From an uncultured Bacteroidota bacterium (GTDB taxonomy: Bacteria > Bacteroidota > Bacteroidia > 2-12-FULL-35-15), in the NCBI GenBank assembly GCA_903926385.1, contig CAIYIS010000025.1:4405-68404 (forward strand): a stretch of DNA of 64,000 nt, written 5' to 3'. The stretch's first letter is position 1. Every line of letters begins with the position of its first letter. The position numbers and the translations under genes are program-made. This document shows, in pieces, positions 51,018-61,300 of this stretch. The notes under the pieces are model-generated. The model searched no databases. It had not been told where the DNA came from and worked only from the letters and a program-made list of their open reading frames with translations.

Positions 51018-51295
51018 TATACTAGTCTTTTTGCCATTTATACTAGTCTAAAAAAAATTATACTAGTCTCTTTGGTATTTTTACTTGTCTTATTAAAAAC
51101 ATACTAGTCTTTTTGACATTTATACCAGTCTAAAAGAAATTTTACCGGTCTCCTTGATACGTATACTAGTCTAAAATGAATTATACAAGTCTTCTGGGCA
51201 TTTATATCAGTCTAAAAGTAATTATATTAGTCTTTTAAACTTTTAGACTTGTCTTTTTATAAATACACTAGTCTTTTTGATAAAGATACTACTCC
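51018..51295. repeat. Iteron-like array: about 14 copies of TAYACTAGTCT at ~20-22-bp phase, alternating T-rich (TTTTTGNCATT) and A-rich (AAAANNAAT) spacers
   Basis: tatACTAGTCTttttgccatttatACTAGTCTaaaaaaaattatACTAGTCTctttgg...ttACTTGTCT...atACTAGTCTttttgacatttataCCAGTCTaaaagaaattttaCCGGTCT...gtatACTAGTCTaaaatgaattataCAAGTCT...tatATCAGTCTaaaagtaattataTTAGTCTtt...agACTTGTCT...acACTAGTCT. The core contains the palindrome ACTAGT. Confidence 0.8.
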
Positions 51296-51549
51296 GAAAT
51301 AATTTTTACTGACATCTTGTTCAGTTTACTTGTTGCTTTGCTATTTAATCCATTATCAGAATCTTTTGGTAAGCCCCCATCTGCCTGTAGTTTTCAAATC
51401 TATTCAAATCTTGATAAAAAAGTGAAGGTATTTACCGTGAAAAACAAAATCCCCAACTAATGAGTTGGGGATTTTAATTACCAATTATTTTTCCAGCATC
51501 AATATCAAAAAAGACCTATATACATATATATGTATACAAAAGATGAATT

Positions 51550-53202
51550 TTATAAGAACAAACTAAAAATCCAATAAAACAAAGCTCCCAAAATAGCGCT
51601 GATTGGAATGGTAAGAATCCATGCCCATAATAAACTTACAGTAACTCCCCATTTAACAGCACTAAGTCCTTTGGTGGCACCAACCCCGATTATTGCACCT
51701 GTAATGGTATGGGTAGTAGAAACCGGGATACCCATTTGCTCAGTTAGAAACAAAGTTGTGGCCCCGGCAGTTTCTGCACAAACGCCTTCCAAAGGAGTAA
51801 CCTTTGTGATTTTGGTTCCCATGGTTTTCACAATTTTCCAGCCTCCACTCAGTGTTCCGAGTCCAATAGCAAGGTAACACGATAATGGAATCCAATCAGG
51901 CATAGATTTTATATCAACAATGCTTCCGTTTGCAACCAAAGCTGCTGCTATAATTCCCATTACTTTTTGTGCATCATTACCTCCATGTCCTATACTGAAA
52001 GCTGCAGAAGAAAGTAATTGAGCTCTTTTAAAGGAAGTAGACGTTCGTTTGGCACTCGGTTTTTTAATTTTTTCGTTGTAAATGAACATGAATGCAAAAA
52101 TCATTAGCATCACTACAAGACCCCAGCGTATAATTTTGTTATCTGCTTTATTTAGTTCTTTGGTAAGATCGGCTTTTATGTCAATCTTCATGGCTTTACT
52201 AAAGTCTTTTATCTTATCCGGAGCAATCGGGCATTTTGTGTTCATGGTAGCCACCATGCCGTCAAGTCCCAATTCAAAATACTGTTTAGTTATTGATTTT
52301 AACGAGTCAATAATCTTTTGCGTAGCTAAATATTCGTCCTTATACGATGGATCAACTTTGGCTTTGTTTTTTAGTTGCTCAATCTTGAAATAGGCATTTA
52401 GTTTATCACCAAGTTTGCTAATGGTAATTTCCTTCATATCTACATTATTCACTATTTCATTGGCTACATATTCCGAACCATGGTACTCGTATTTGGAGAG
52501 AAATGGGGTACACAACGAAGCATTCAAAAGTGCCTTTTCGAGTTTATGAGTCTTGGTACTATCGTGTTTTACATTTATTTCGTATGTGTATTTATCAACC
52601 TTAAAAAACTTGCTTACATTTTCAGATAATTTTGTTTCCTGAAAACCGATAAATAAAAAGTAAATCATACAGGCCGAAGCTCCAAGTATACCCACTTTTA
52701 GCCAAGTTCTGTTTTGTATAAAAATAAGTGTGTAAAAAATGGAAATTACCATACCTATAAGTGGGGCAAAAAGAATAAACATAACGGTTTTACCTATTTT
52801 TTCACTATCGATAATTTCATTTATTGGCATCAAACCTTTACTTAAAAAAGCATAAGCTATGGCAGCCCCGGCAAAGCCACCGATTAAAGTGTGTGAAGAA
52901 GAAGATGGGATACCATACCACCAGGTAAGTAAATTCCATAAGATGGCAGCTATTAATCCGCTACAGATAACAGGCAAAGAAATAAAATCGGAATAAACTG
53001 TTTTGCCAATAGTGTTGGCTACCGCATGGTCTTTAAATATTAAAAACGCAACAAAATTAAAGAACGCTGCCCACAAAACTGCCTGAAATGGCGTCAATAC
53101 TTTAGTGGAAACAATGGTGGCTATGGAATTAGCCGCATCGTGAAACCCATTGATGAAATCGAATATCAGAGCGAGTGCTATAACTATTACAAGTAAACTC
53201 AT
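51550..53202 (-). CDS. Inorganic phosphate transporter, PiT (PHO4) family, with a large central cytoplasmic insert
   Basis: N-terminal GFHDAANSIATIVSTKVLTP and repeated C-terminal GGNDAQKVMGII PHO4 motifs. Confidence 0.85.
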   Translation of the reverse strand: MSLLVIVIALALIFDFINGFHDAANSIATIVSTKVLTPFQAVLWAAFFNFVAFLIFKDHAVANTIGKTVYSDFISLPVICSGLIAAILWNLLTWWYGIPSSSSHTLIGGFAGAAIAYAFLSKGLMPINEIIDSEKIGKTVMFILFAPLIGMVISIFYTLIFIQNRTWLKVGILGASACMIYFLFIGFQETKLSENVSKFFKVDKYTYEINVKHDSTKTHKLEKALLNASLCTPFLSKYEYHGSEYVANEIVNNVDMKEITISKLGDKLNAYFKIEQLKNKAKVDPSYKDEYLATQKIIDSLKSITKQYFELGLDGMVATMNTKCPIAPDKIKDFSKAMKIDIKADLTKELNKADNKIIRWGLVVMLMIFAFMFIYNEKIKKPSAKRTSTSFKRAQLLSSAAFSIGHGGNDAQKVMGIIAAALVANGSIVDIKSMPDWIPLSCYLAIGLGTLSGGWKIVKTMGTKITKVTPLEGVCAETAGATTLFLTEQMGIPVSTTHTITGAIIGVGATKGLSAVKWGVTVSLLWAWILTIPISAILGALFYWIFSLFL

Positions 53203-53320
53203 TGTGAATTATAAATTATGAATTATGAATTTTACGATTTGAGGAGTTATAAATGATGAATGAAAGTACAAAAGAAATGCTCTGTTTATAATCTACTATT
53301 CACCTTCTATAATTTCAACC

Positions 53321-53965
53321 CTAAGCGTTTTTAATTAAAATGGTATTAATAATGTTGGCGGCCTCTTCGCATTTATCGGTTGCTGTTTCCAAAACAAACA
53401 AAACGTCTTTCATTTTAATAACCTCCACAGCATTTTTTTCTTCTTCAAATAATTTAGCAATAGCCATGTCGAATATATCGTCAGCATGATTTTCGATGCT
53501 GTTAATTCTTACAGTCGACTCTTTTATTTTTGAAATATTTTTAAGATTTCTCAATTCAGAAACAGCTATCTGCAACTCTTCTGTACTTTTCAAAATAAGT
53601 TCGGCCAGTTTAACAATTGCCGGAGTCATAGTTTCCACTTTATACAGTTCTATGCGTTTGGACGCACCATGTATATAATCCACTACATCATCTATGGCCG
53701 AAACCAGATTATGAATATCATCTCTATCGAAAGGGGTAATAAAATTTATGCTTAACTGATTATAGGTTTCGTGTGTAATATCATCACCAACGTGTTCCAA
53801 GCGTTCTATTTCGCGAAATAATTCTTTTCTTCTTTCGTGTGAGGAAGTGTTTACCAATTCCACCAATGCCTTTGAAGTTTCGGTAGCATTAGCAGTGGCT
53901 TTTTGAAAAAGCAGGAAAAATATTTTGTCTTTTGGCTGAAAAAAATGAAAGATATTTAAGTTCAT
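53321..53965 (-). CDS. DUF47 / PhoU-like phosphate transport regulator (TIGR00153)
   Basis: Helical DUF47 pattern. Canonical partner directly upstream of the PiT gene. Confidence 0.7.
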   Translation of the reverse strand: MNLNIFHFFQPKDKIFFLLFQKATANATETSKALVELVNTSSHERRKELFREIERLEHVGDDITHETYNQLSINFITPFDRDDIHNLVSAIDDVVDYIHGASKRIELYKVETMTPAIVKLAELILKSTEELQIAVSELRNLKNISKIKESTVRINSIENHADDIFDMAIAKLFEEEKNAVEVIKMKDVLFVLETATDKCEEAANIINTILIKNA

Positions 53966-54340
53966 CTGTATAATTTATTTGTTAAAATAAGGTTAAAAAA
54001 ATGTTAGGCAAAAGTAGGAATCTTACCCCGCCAGCCCAATTTTTTAATATTACCATTTAGTTAATCTAATGTTAAGGCTATGTTAAGGATTCGAAAAATT
54101 AACATCATTATTGAGTTGATTTTCTGCATTACATCTAAGTTCTTCTAAATAGTTTTTACTCTAATGGAAAGTTCATTTAAAAATAACAAGCCCATTTAGT
54201 TTATTTGAATTCCAATTAATCACATTGAAACACCTCAGCTGTCATTGTTGTGTCTACATAATTATCAATGTTTGTAAGACACATCAGTTTTTAACCCTCC
54301 TGTACTTTTGTAGCGTAATAAATCTTTAAAAATTATTCAA

Positions 54341-55069
54341 ATGAAAAAGATAAATTCTCCGCTAAATGTTCGAATGATATACAATCCGAAACAAGTTGGT
54401 AACAATGTCGCCAAGACACCAATTGCACAAAACAAAATTAAATTTACAGGTCCGGTTAAACCATACACTCCCATCAAGGTTAAAAACATCGTCAAGACGT
54501 TTTTAACCATTTTACTTTTTATTACTTGTTCTTATGTCGCAAATGGGCAAAGTAAAGATGCTACTCTTGTTACTTACGGAATAGGTGGAAGTACTTCCAT
54601 TTCGGGATGCGGACATGGTACCTTTTATTCGGGTTATGTATTCGTGGACTATAACAAAACGATGTTCAGTATTGGGCCTTGTATGCAGAAAGGCTCAAAC
54701 CTTTTGAAGAGTTTAAAATTTAATTGTTCTTACAAAATTGCAGACAGCGACCGATTGCTCCAGCTAAGTGTATTTTCATATTTACAATACATGGAAAACT
54801 TACCTGTAAGTTTTTCAACATTACAAACAGAAGAGCGTGCAGAAGTTAGGGAGACAAACAAGACCGATTGGAGCAAAGTTAGACTAAACACCTTAGAAAT
54901 GGGGACAGGTATTGAGTTAGGAATACGCTTTGGGAAAAACATAATGATGCGAAATTTCGTTGCCTTGTCAGGATTTTACCATACAAGTTACGCTGACAAT
55001 ATGTTTTCTAACCGAATGGCACCGGTACTTATGTTAGGAACTAGTATAAATTTGGCCATGCCAAAGTAA
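54341..55069 (+). CDS. Hypothetical exported or outer-membrane protein
   Basis: Internal signal-like segment FLTILLFITCSYVANGQS after a 47-aa N-extension, so the start is uncertain. beta-Strand-rich alternating pattern with a C-terminal aromatic residue. Confidence 0.3.
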   Translation: MKKINSPLNVRMIYNPKQVGNNVAKTPIAQNKIKFTGPVKPYTPIKVKNIVKTFLTILLFITCSYVANGQSKDATLVTYGIGGSTSISGCGHGTFYSGYVFVDYNKTMFSIGPCMQKGSNLLKSLKFNCSYKIADSDRLLQLSVFSYLQYMENLPVSFSTLQTEERAEVRETNKTDWSKVRLNTLEMGTGIELGIRFGKNIMMRNFVALSGFYHTSYADNMFSNRMAPVLMLGTSINLAMPK

Positions 55070-55151
55070 CATTTGAATCAATGAAAACTGCTAAACCACC
55101 TTGATAGAATAAGAATAAAAATAAAAACCAACTAATCTAACACCAACCATT

Positions 55152-57119
55152 ATGAACAATTTATTTGATTTGGATTTTGGCCGATGGAATATAGTTCTGC
55201 TATACTTAGTGCCAGCCGCAGTTAATCTCTGTTTGTTTATCTATTCGTCCTTTTACTTACCGAAGAGCAATACAAATTATACTTTGGGCGTATTTGTGTT
55301 TTTAATCATGATGTGGCAATTGTCAGATGGCTTCATGATGCTTAGCCCAAACCCACAAACAGCAGCATTATGGTGCAAAATGTTATGGATGTTTCTGCTT
55401 TTCGCAGTTCCTTTCGGAGTTGTATTTGTTTTAAATTTTTTACGCATTTCATACCGAATACCCATTAGTATGATTTTCGTTTCACAGTTTGTTCCACCTA
55501 TCTTCTTTTTGTTATTTATTATCACCGGAATGGCAAAATTCCATTTATTATCCTCAAACATTTGGTACTGGATAGCTAATCCCGAACCATCACGTCTGAA
55601 TAAAGTCATATACTTATGGGTTAGTGCAGAATCATTACTGGCACTTTCTCTCTTGTGGTTTTATTATGCGAAAATTAAAAAACAAAGTATGAAAAGAAAA
55701 CAAATTTTATTAATGGCTCTAGGATTTTCAGTCCCTGTTATTTCTGGTATTATAGGTGAAGCTATTCTACCGCTTATTTATCACCTCAATGATATTCCTG
55801 TCCTGGCGTCTGTTTTTACAATCTTTTCGGTTACCGCAGTCATTGCCATTAAACACTTTGATTTATTGATTTTTTCTCCCAAACATCAATGGAATCAAAT
55901 TGCCGAAACAATGAGCGAAGGAATTGTGATTGTAGATTTACAAGAAAATATAATGTACGCCAACATCATGTTTTGTAATATGATGGGGTATAAAATGGAA
56001 GAAATGAAAGACAAAGTATTGCATAAATTCTTGTCCAACAATTATGAAATGCAGCGCAAAATAGAAACAGCCGTAAAACTGAGACATTCAGCTCCATGTG
56101 AATTAGAGCTAATTTCGAAATCTGGAGAAAAAATCTGGGTACAGGTTAACAGTTCAGATTACTTAGATTCGAAAGGAAAAGTGATAGGGACTATAAGTGT
56201 GCATACAAGTATAACGGAACGAAAAAAAGCCGAAAGTGAAATAAAACTATTAAATGCCGAACTCGAGCAAAAAGTAATATGCCGTACGGCAGAACTAGCT
56301 AATGCCAACAAGTCTCTATTAGAAAAGGCAGATATGCTAAGCCTTGTAAGTGATATGATAGAACAGAAAAATAAAGACATGGCTGATAGTCTAAATTATG
56401 CAATGCTTATTCAGAAAAAAGTTATTCGTAAAAAGAAAACTCTCGACAAATTATTACCTCAATCATTTGTCATCAATCTCCCACTAAACGTGGTGAGTGG
56501 AGACTTTGTGAGTGTGAGTGAAAAAAACAATAAAATTTCAATTGCTTTAGCTGACTGCACTGGTCACGGTGTACCAGGGGCAATGGTCAGTATGATAGGA
56601 TACACAATGGTGAATGAAATTGTGAATAACAGAAATGAAACCAATCCTCCAAAAGTATTAAAAATGCTGAACAATGCATTTAACGGTTTGGCAAAAGAAG
56701 AAAACGGTATTAATGACGGTATGGATGTTGGTTTCTGCAGTATTGACAAACAAAGAATGGTATTGAATTTTGCAGGAGCTCACCGTCCTTTGTATTTTAT
56801 TCGGAACAGAGAATTGGTAGTAATAAAAGGTGACAATTTGTCGATAGGCGGTCATTCGGAAAAACCAAGTGTATTTAAAAATCACACTTTAAAACTCCAG
56901 AAGAACGATTCAATATACATGTTTTCGGATGGTTATACGGATCAATTTGGCGGAGAAAAAGGGAAAAAATTTTCTAGTAAACGTTTTAAAGAACTGTTAT
57001 TATCAATTCAACATTTAAATATGAATGAACAACGGGCCTATTTAAAAAGCACAATTCAAGAATGGAGAGGCAACTTGTATCAAGTGGATGACATTTGTGT
57101 TGTTGGTGTTACCATATAG
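55152..57119 (+). CDS. Membrane sensor serine phosphatase (multi-TM N-domain + PAS + PP2C/SpoIIE domain)
   Basis: 7-8 N-terminal TM helices. PAS region (MSEGIVIVDLQENIMYAN...). A coiled coil. PP2C motifs ALADCTGHGVPGAMVSMIG and FSDGYTDQFG. Confidence 0.7.
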   Translation: MNNLFDLDFGRWNIVLLYLVPAAVNLCLFIYSSFYLPKSNTNYTLGVFVFLIMMWQLSDGFMMLSPNPQTAALWCKMLWMFLLFAVPFGVVFVLNFLRISYRIPISMIFVSQFVPPIFFLLFIITGMAKFHLLSSNIWYWIANPEPSRLNKVIYLWVSAESLLALSLLWFYYAKIKKQSMKRKQILLMALGFSVPVISGIIGEAILPLIYHLNDIPVLASVFTIFSVTAVIAIKHFDLLIFSPKHQWNQIAETMSEGIVIVDLQENIMYANIMFCNMMGYKMEEMKDKVLHKFLSNNYEMQRKIETAVKLRHSAPCELELISKSGEKIWVQVNSSDYLDSKGKVIGTISVHTSITERKKAESEIKLLNAELEQKVICRTAELANANKSLLEKADMLSLVSDMIEQKNKDMADSLNYAMLIQKKVIRKKKTLDKLLPQSFVINLPLNVVSGDFVSVSEKNNKISIALADCTGHGVPGAMVSMIGYTMVNEIVNNRNETNPPKVLKMLNNAFNGLAKEENGINDGMDVGFCSIDKQRMVLNFAGAHRPLYFIRNRELVVIKGDNLSIGGHSEKPSVFKNHTLKLQKNDSIYMFSDGYTDQFGGEKGKKFSSKRFKELLLSIQHLNMNEQRAYLKSTIQEWRGNLYQVDDICVVGVTI

Positions 57120-57184
57120 AATGTCCTAGGCTATATAAAACGTTTTTATAAAATGTCTTAAAGTAATTTTTAACAATAAATTGT

Positions 57185-57661
57185 ATGAAACCCCAAAGAA
57201 ATTCACTTCAGGAAACATCTTTCAAACCAAAAGGCCTACAAAATCAGCATTTTTTTTTTAAGTTCTCCTGTTTATTCGTAGTTGCTTTTTCAAATATAAC
57301 TTACAGTCAAAATAAAAATACAGACACAAACAATTACATGACTTATCAAATCAAAGCTCCCCTCAACAGTAATAAGGATAATTCGAAAAATCACACCAGG
57401 AGAGGTTCTGCATTAGATACAATTGGATTTGGATTTGGTGAACCTGTAATTTGGGATTTTGGTGAAAATGCCGAACCCCAAAAAGCTACAGGAAGAGGAC
57501 CCTTTAAAATAAATTATACTAAGGGAGGAGTTAAGAAAGTTAAAATGATTACTTACAATCCAATCCTGAAAGATTCAATTGTAAAAATAAATTATATAAG
57601 TGTAAATTTGAACAAACAGAATACAAGCTACCGATTTAGAATTAAAGATTCTAGGCCATAA
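57185..57661 (+). CDS. Small secreted protein with a PKD-like domain
   Basis: Signal-anchor FFFKFSCLFVVAFSNITYSQ, and PVIWDFGENAEPQKATGRGPFKINYTKGGVKKVKMITYNP resembling a PKD fold. Confidence 0.3.
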   Translation: MKPQRNSLQETSFKPKGLQNQHFFFKFSCLFVVAFSNITYSQNKNTDTNNYMTYQIKAPLNSNKDNSKNHTRRGSALDTIGFGFGEPVIWDFGENAEPQKATGRGPFKINYTKGGVKKVKMITYNPILKDSIVKINYISVNLNKQNTSYRFRIKDSRP

Positions 57662-57678
57662 AAACACTTAACATGGCA

Positions 57679-58371
57679 TTATTTAATTATAGGTTCTCCA
57701 TTGACATGCCCCCTTTCACTGCTGTCCAACAAATTATTTTTGATGGCATACATAACGGCTCCAATGATGTTTTTCGAATTAGTTTTTTGAATAATATTCC
57801 GCTTGTGCGTTTCAACGGTTTTGATATCAATAAATAATTTTTCTGCAATTTGCAGATTTGTGTACTCCTTGCAAACAAGCACAAGCACTTCCTTCTCCTT
57901 TTCAGTTAATTTAACGTTATTGAAACTTGGCTTTATTTTATGATGAAACAATAACCCCTTAACCATTGCCTTTGAAACATTATCATTAAAATAAAATCCA
58001 TTTTCTAATACAGCATGAATAGCATCAATAATTGTTTCTATATGGTCATTCTTTAGCAAGAACCCATGTGCTCCACGCTCTATTAAGTTGTATATGTAAT
58101 CCTCCGAATTATGTAGTGTAAGAATTATGATTTTTATTTCTGGATATTTTTGATGAAGAAGCAAAGTAACTTCAAATCCATCCATAAAGGGCATTTCGAG
58201 ATCAAGCAAAACAACTTGAGGTTGAATCTTTTTTACTTTATCCACAAACTGTTTCCCATTTTCAGCTTCGATTACTATTTCTATTTCAGGATAATCTTTA
58301 AGTAAAGCAATTAACCCTTGGCGAAATAAATGTAAATCTTCTACAATTGCAAGTTTAATTTTTTTCTTCAT
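57679..58371 (-). CDS. NarL/FixJ-family response regulator (REC + LuxR HTH)
   Basis: KLAIVEDLHLFRQGL...VLLDLEMPFMDGF. HTH LTEKEKEVLVLVCKEYTNLQIAEKLFIDIKTVETHKRNI. Confidence 0.85.
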   Translation of the reverse strand: MKKKIKLAIVEDLHLFRQGLIALLKDYPEIEIVIEAENGKQFVDKVKKIQPQVVLLDLEMPFMDGFEVTLLLHQKYPEIKIIILTLHNSEDYIYNLIERGAHGFLLKNDHIETIIDAIHAVLENGFYFNDNVSKAMVKGLLFHHKIKPSFNNVKLTEKEKEVLVLVCKEYTNLQIAEKLFIDIKTVETHKRNIIQKTNSKNIIGAVMYAIKNNLLDSSERGHVNGEPIIK

Positions 58372-58693
58372 TCTTTTCTTTTTAATGTAAGCTCAACTCA
58401 TATTTCCTTTTAAACAATCGCTAAAAAAACAAACTAAATAATATAAAAACAATCTTTTCTTTTAGCAAACTCAATTTAACAAGTCTGTTTCAGAAATGCG
58501 TAAAACAAGTTATTCGAAAAAAAATCTGGCAAAAAATGAAATTCTAATCTGCCTCCCCATTTTAGTTCTCTTTACTTAAAAATTATTGAGGTAAAAGTAT
58601 AAATTATTTTTAAAGATTTACCCATAATTCGATGAGTTAAAATCAATGACTTTTTTTATTGATTTTGAAGCTACGTTAACAATCAAGTAAGTT

Positions 58694-58900
58694 AAACCCT
58701 TAGTCGAACTAAGGGTTTCCCTTAGAGCTGTCGATAAGGGAATCCCTTAGACAATTAGGGGTTTTAGATTTGGCTTGAGTCATTTAATGCTAGTACTTTT
58801 GTGACGGATTTTTAAAGTGGGTTATTTAGAAATCTATAGTGATTAAGTGTTTTGATTGGTAAGAAAGAAAAAGCAACTTCCCTTAAGGGGTTTTGGGAGG
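58694..58900. repeat. Cluster of four palindromic hairpins built on CCCTTAG/CTAAGGG plus a long AAGAAAGAAA/TTTCTTTCTT stem in a 740-bp divergent intergenic region
   Basis: AAACCCTTAGtcgaaCTAAGGGTTT is a perfect 10-bp inverted repeat. Also CCCTTAGagctgtcgaTAAGGG, CCCTTAGacaatTAGGGG, GTAAGAAAGAAAaagcaacttCCCTTAAGGGGttttgggaggttgacTTTCTTTCTTTTAC. Confidence 0.5.
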
Positions 58901-59113
58901 TTGACTTTCTTTCTTTTACAAGGTGATTTTTTTCACAGCTGGCACCTTAGCCTTATGAATTGAATTTTAACATTTTTGACAACAATCATACTAATACTAC
59001 ATTCAGTTGCTTAAAGCATCTGTAGGTTTCTTACAATTATTAAGGTGCTTTACAAACCAAAACAGATCTACTTTCAATAAAAGCATCAAAAAAATTAATT
59101 TAATTGATGATTT

Positions 59114-61249
59114 ATGAGGAAAACACACGCCATTTTTTTGTTTTTAAAACAGCATCATTTTCAAGTAAAAATGATTGGCGGTTGTGCTTTGATATTAGTT
59201 GTACTACAATTCATTATTTATAATTTTCATCTAAGTAATAACAATGTAATTACAGCCTCCAAAAACACACAAAGTTTGCGAGAGGTGCTCTATAAAATAG
59301 ATCAATTAAATTCGGAAATAAACAATCTCGAAAGAATAAATCGATTTACCTTTGATGACAATCTTTTTTTTGTCCCAGAATTAGCACAATCTACCACACT
59401 TTATTATCTACATCTAAATAAAATCGCTAATTTACTTAAAGGCGATGAAAAGGAAGTAAAAATCATCAAAACGCTCAATCATCTAATTACAGATCGAATT
59501 GAAATGTATTACATTCAAAATGTAAACAGCCAGAATAGCAAAATTTCAACCCCACCCAATGAAGATCTGTTATTGGCAAGTCGTCTAAATTTTGATAAGA
59601 TAGATGAGCTAATAATTCAATTAAAGAAAAAGCAAAATGAAAAATTATCTAAACAATTCTTAGAAAATGAAAAACAAGAAATCTTTGCGACTCAACTTGA
59701 ATACTGCTCTGCTGGATTAATTGTTTTAATTTTAGTACTGCTTTTTTTAGCAATTCAAAGCACTTTTCACAAGTTAAAAGATGTCGAAGGGAAATTAGTC
59801 AGAAAAAAATCTTTTCTAAATGCCGTCTTTGATCATATGCCTGACACCGTATTTGTTAAAGACGCGATTGATCTGAGCTATATAAGAATGAACTTAGCCG
59901 GAGAAAAAATCATAGGTAAAAACAAGAAAGACATTATAGGCAAAACAGATATTGAAATATTTAATCCAAAACAAGCCGTTTTTTTTTACGAAATGGATAG
60001 AGAGGCTTTATCTGCTGGCAAGTTAATAGAGGTTCCTGTTCAAAAGTTAGTAACGAGCCAAGGAGAATATTATGTGCGTACTAAAAAAATACCTATTTAT
60101 GACGAAAAAGGGAATCCAAAGTATTTACTAGGTATCTCGGAAAACATCACAGCACAGCAATTAAATGAACAAAAATTAAATAAAAGCATTAAAGAATTAG
60201 CTAACTATAAAATGGCGTTGGATGTATCATCAATAGTGGAGATTACTAACCTACTTGGCATAATAACCTATGTAAATGATAATTTCTGTAAAATTTCCGG
60301 ATATGAACGGGAGGAAATTATTGGCCAAACTCACAGATTGGTCAATTCAAATCATCATACAAAAGATTTTTTCAATTCTATGTGGAATACAATATCTGAA
60401 GGAAGTGTGTGGAGAGGAGAGGTAAAAAACAAAACGAAAAACGGTGTTTTTTTCTGGATGGATTCAACAATTGTACCCTTAATGGATGAAAGAGGCCATC
60501 CTCACCAGTATATTTCTATCCGGAACGATATAACCCAGCGTAAGGAAGCGGAACAACAAATAATAGAAGCCAATAAAGAATTGGAAGCATTCACTCATTC
60601 CGTTTCTCACGATTTACGGTCACCTCTGCGTTCAATAACAGGATTTACAAAAATCCTTCTCGAGTGTGAGACTGATAAACTCAATGAAGAAACATTAAAT
60701 TACTTAAGAATAATTCATGAAAGTGGCAATAAAATGGATCAACTGATTAATGAATTATTGGAGTTTGCTCATCTAAGTAAAAAGGAATTAAGGAAGACTA
60801 AACTTGATATGGAGGGAATCGTAAACATAGTTACTTTAGATCAAATTCACAAACAAAGAACTGCAGAAATAATTATTGAAACAAAGAAGTTGTTGCCGGT
60901 TTATGGCGATGAAGGAATGATAAAACAGGTAATCACGAATCTGGTTGAGAATGCGCTTAAATACACAAGTAAAAAGGACAAAGCTATAATTGAAATTGGG
61001 TCCTACAGAGAAAACGGATCTGTTGTTTATTATATTAAAGATAATGGAGTTGGATTCGACATGCAATATTACAAGAAACTTTTCCATGTATTTCAACGAT
61101 TGCATAGTTCAAAAGAATTTGAGGGAACAGGTGTTGGGTTATCTATCGTTCAAAGAATAATAAATAAACACGGTGGCTATATTTGGGCCGAAGGAAGAGT
61201 GAATGAGGGCGCCACATTTAACTTCTCTTTACCGCAATATAATAATTAA
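59114..61249 (+). CDS. Sensor histidine kinase (N-terminal TM/periplasmic region, two PAS domains, HisKA + HATPase)
   Basis: H-box FTHSVSHDLRSPLRSITGF. G-boxes GTGVGLSIVQRIINKHGG. PAS-like segments FLNAVFDHMPDTVFVKD and ITYVNDNFCKISGY. Confidence 0.8.
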   Translation: MRKTHAIFLFLKQHHFQVKMIGGCALILVVLQFIIYNFHLSNNNVITASKNTQSLREVLYKIDQLNSEINNLERINRFTFDDNLFFVPELAQSTTLYYLHLNKIANLLKGDEKEVKIIKTLNHLITDRIEMYYIQNVNSQNSKISTPPNEDLLLASRLNFDKIDELIIQLKKKQNEKLSKQFLENEKQEIFATQLEYCSAGLIVLILVLLFLAIQSTFHKLKDVEGKLVRKKSFLNAVFDHMPDTVFVKDAIDLSYIRMNLAGEKIIGKNKKDIIGKTDIEIFNPKQAVFFYEMDREALSAGKLIEVPVQKLVTSQGEYYVRTKKIPIYDEKGNPKYLLGISENITAQQLNEQKLNKSIKELANYKMALDVSSIVEITNLLGIITYVNDNFCKISGYEREEIIGQTHRLVNSNHHTKDFFNSMWNTISEGSVWRGEVKNKTKNGVFFWMDSTIVPLMDERGHPHQYISIRNDITQRKEAEQQIIEANKELEAFTHSVSHDLRSPLRSITGFTKILLECETDKLNEETLNYLRIIHESGNKMDQLINELLEFAHLSKKELRKTKLDMEGIVNIVTLDQIHKQRTAEIIIETKKLLPVYGDEGMIKQVITNLVENALKYTSKKDKAIIEIGSYRENGSVVYYIKDNGVGFDMQYYKKLFHVFQRLHSSKEFEGTGVGLSIVQRIINKHGGYIWAEGRVNEGATFNFSLPQYNN

Positions 61250-61300
61250 TAGTTTCCGATAAAATAAATATAAATTCATTTAAAACAAATATCAATTAAC

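Noticed and set aside
50990-51300. Chromosomal origin of replication (oriC) for the TAYACTAGTCT array
   Set aside because: There are no DnaA-box-like TTATCCACA motifs, and dnaA/dnaN are not in the window. An origin role cannot be supported from sequence alone. It is retained only as an iteron-like array of unknown function.
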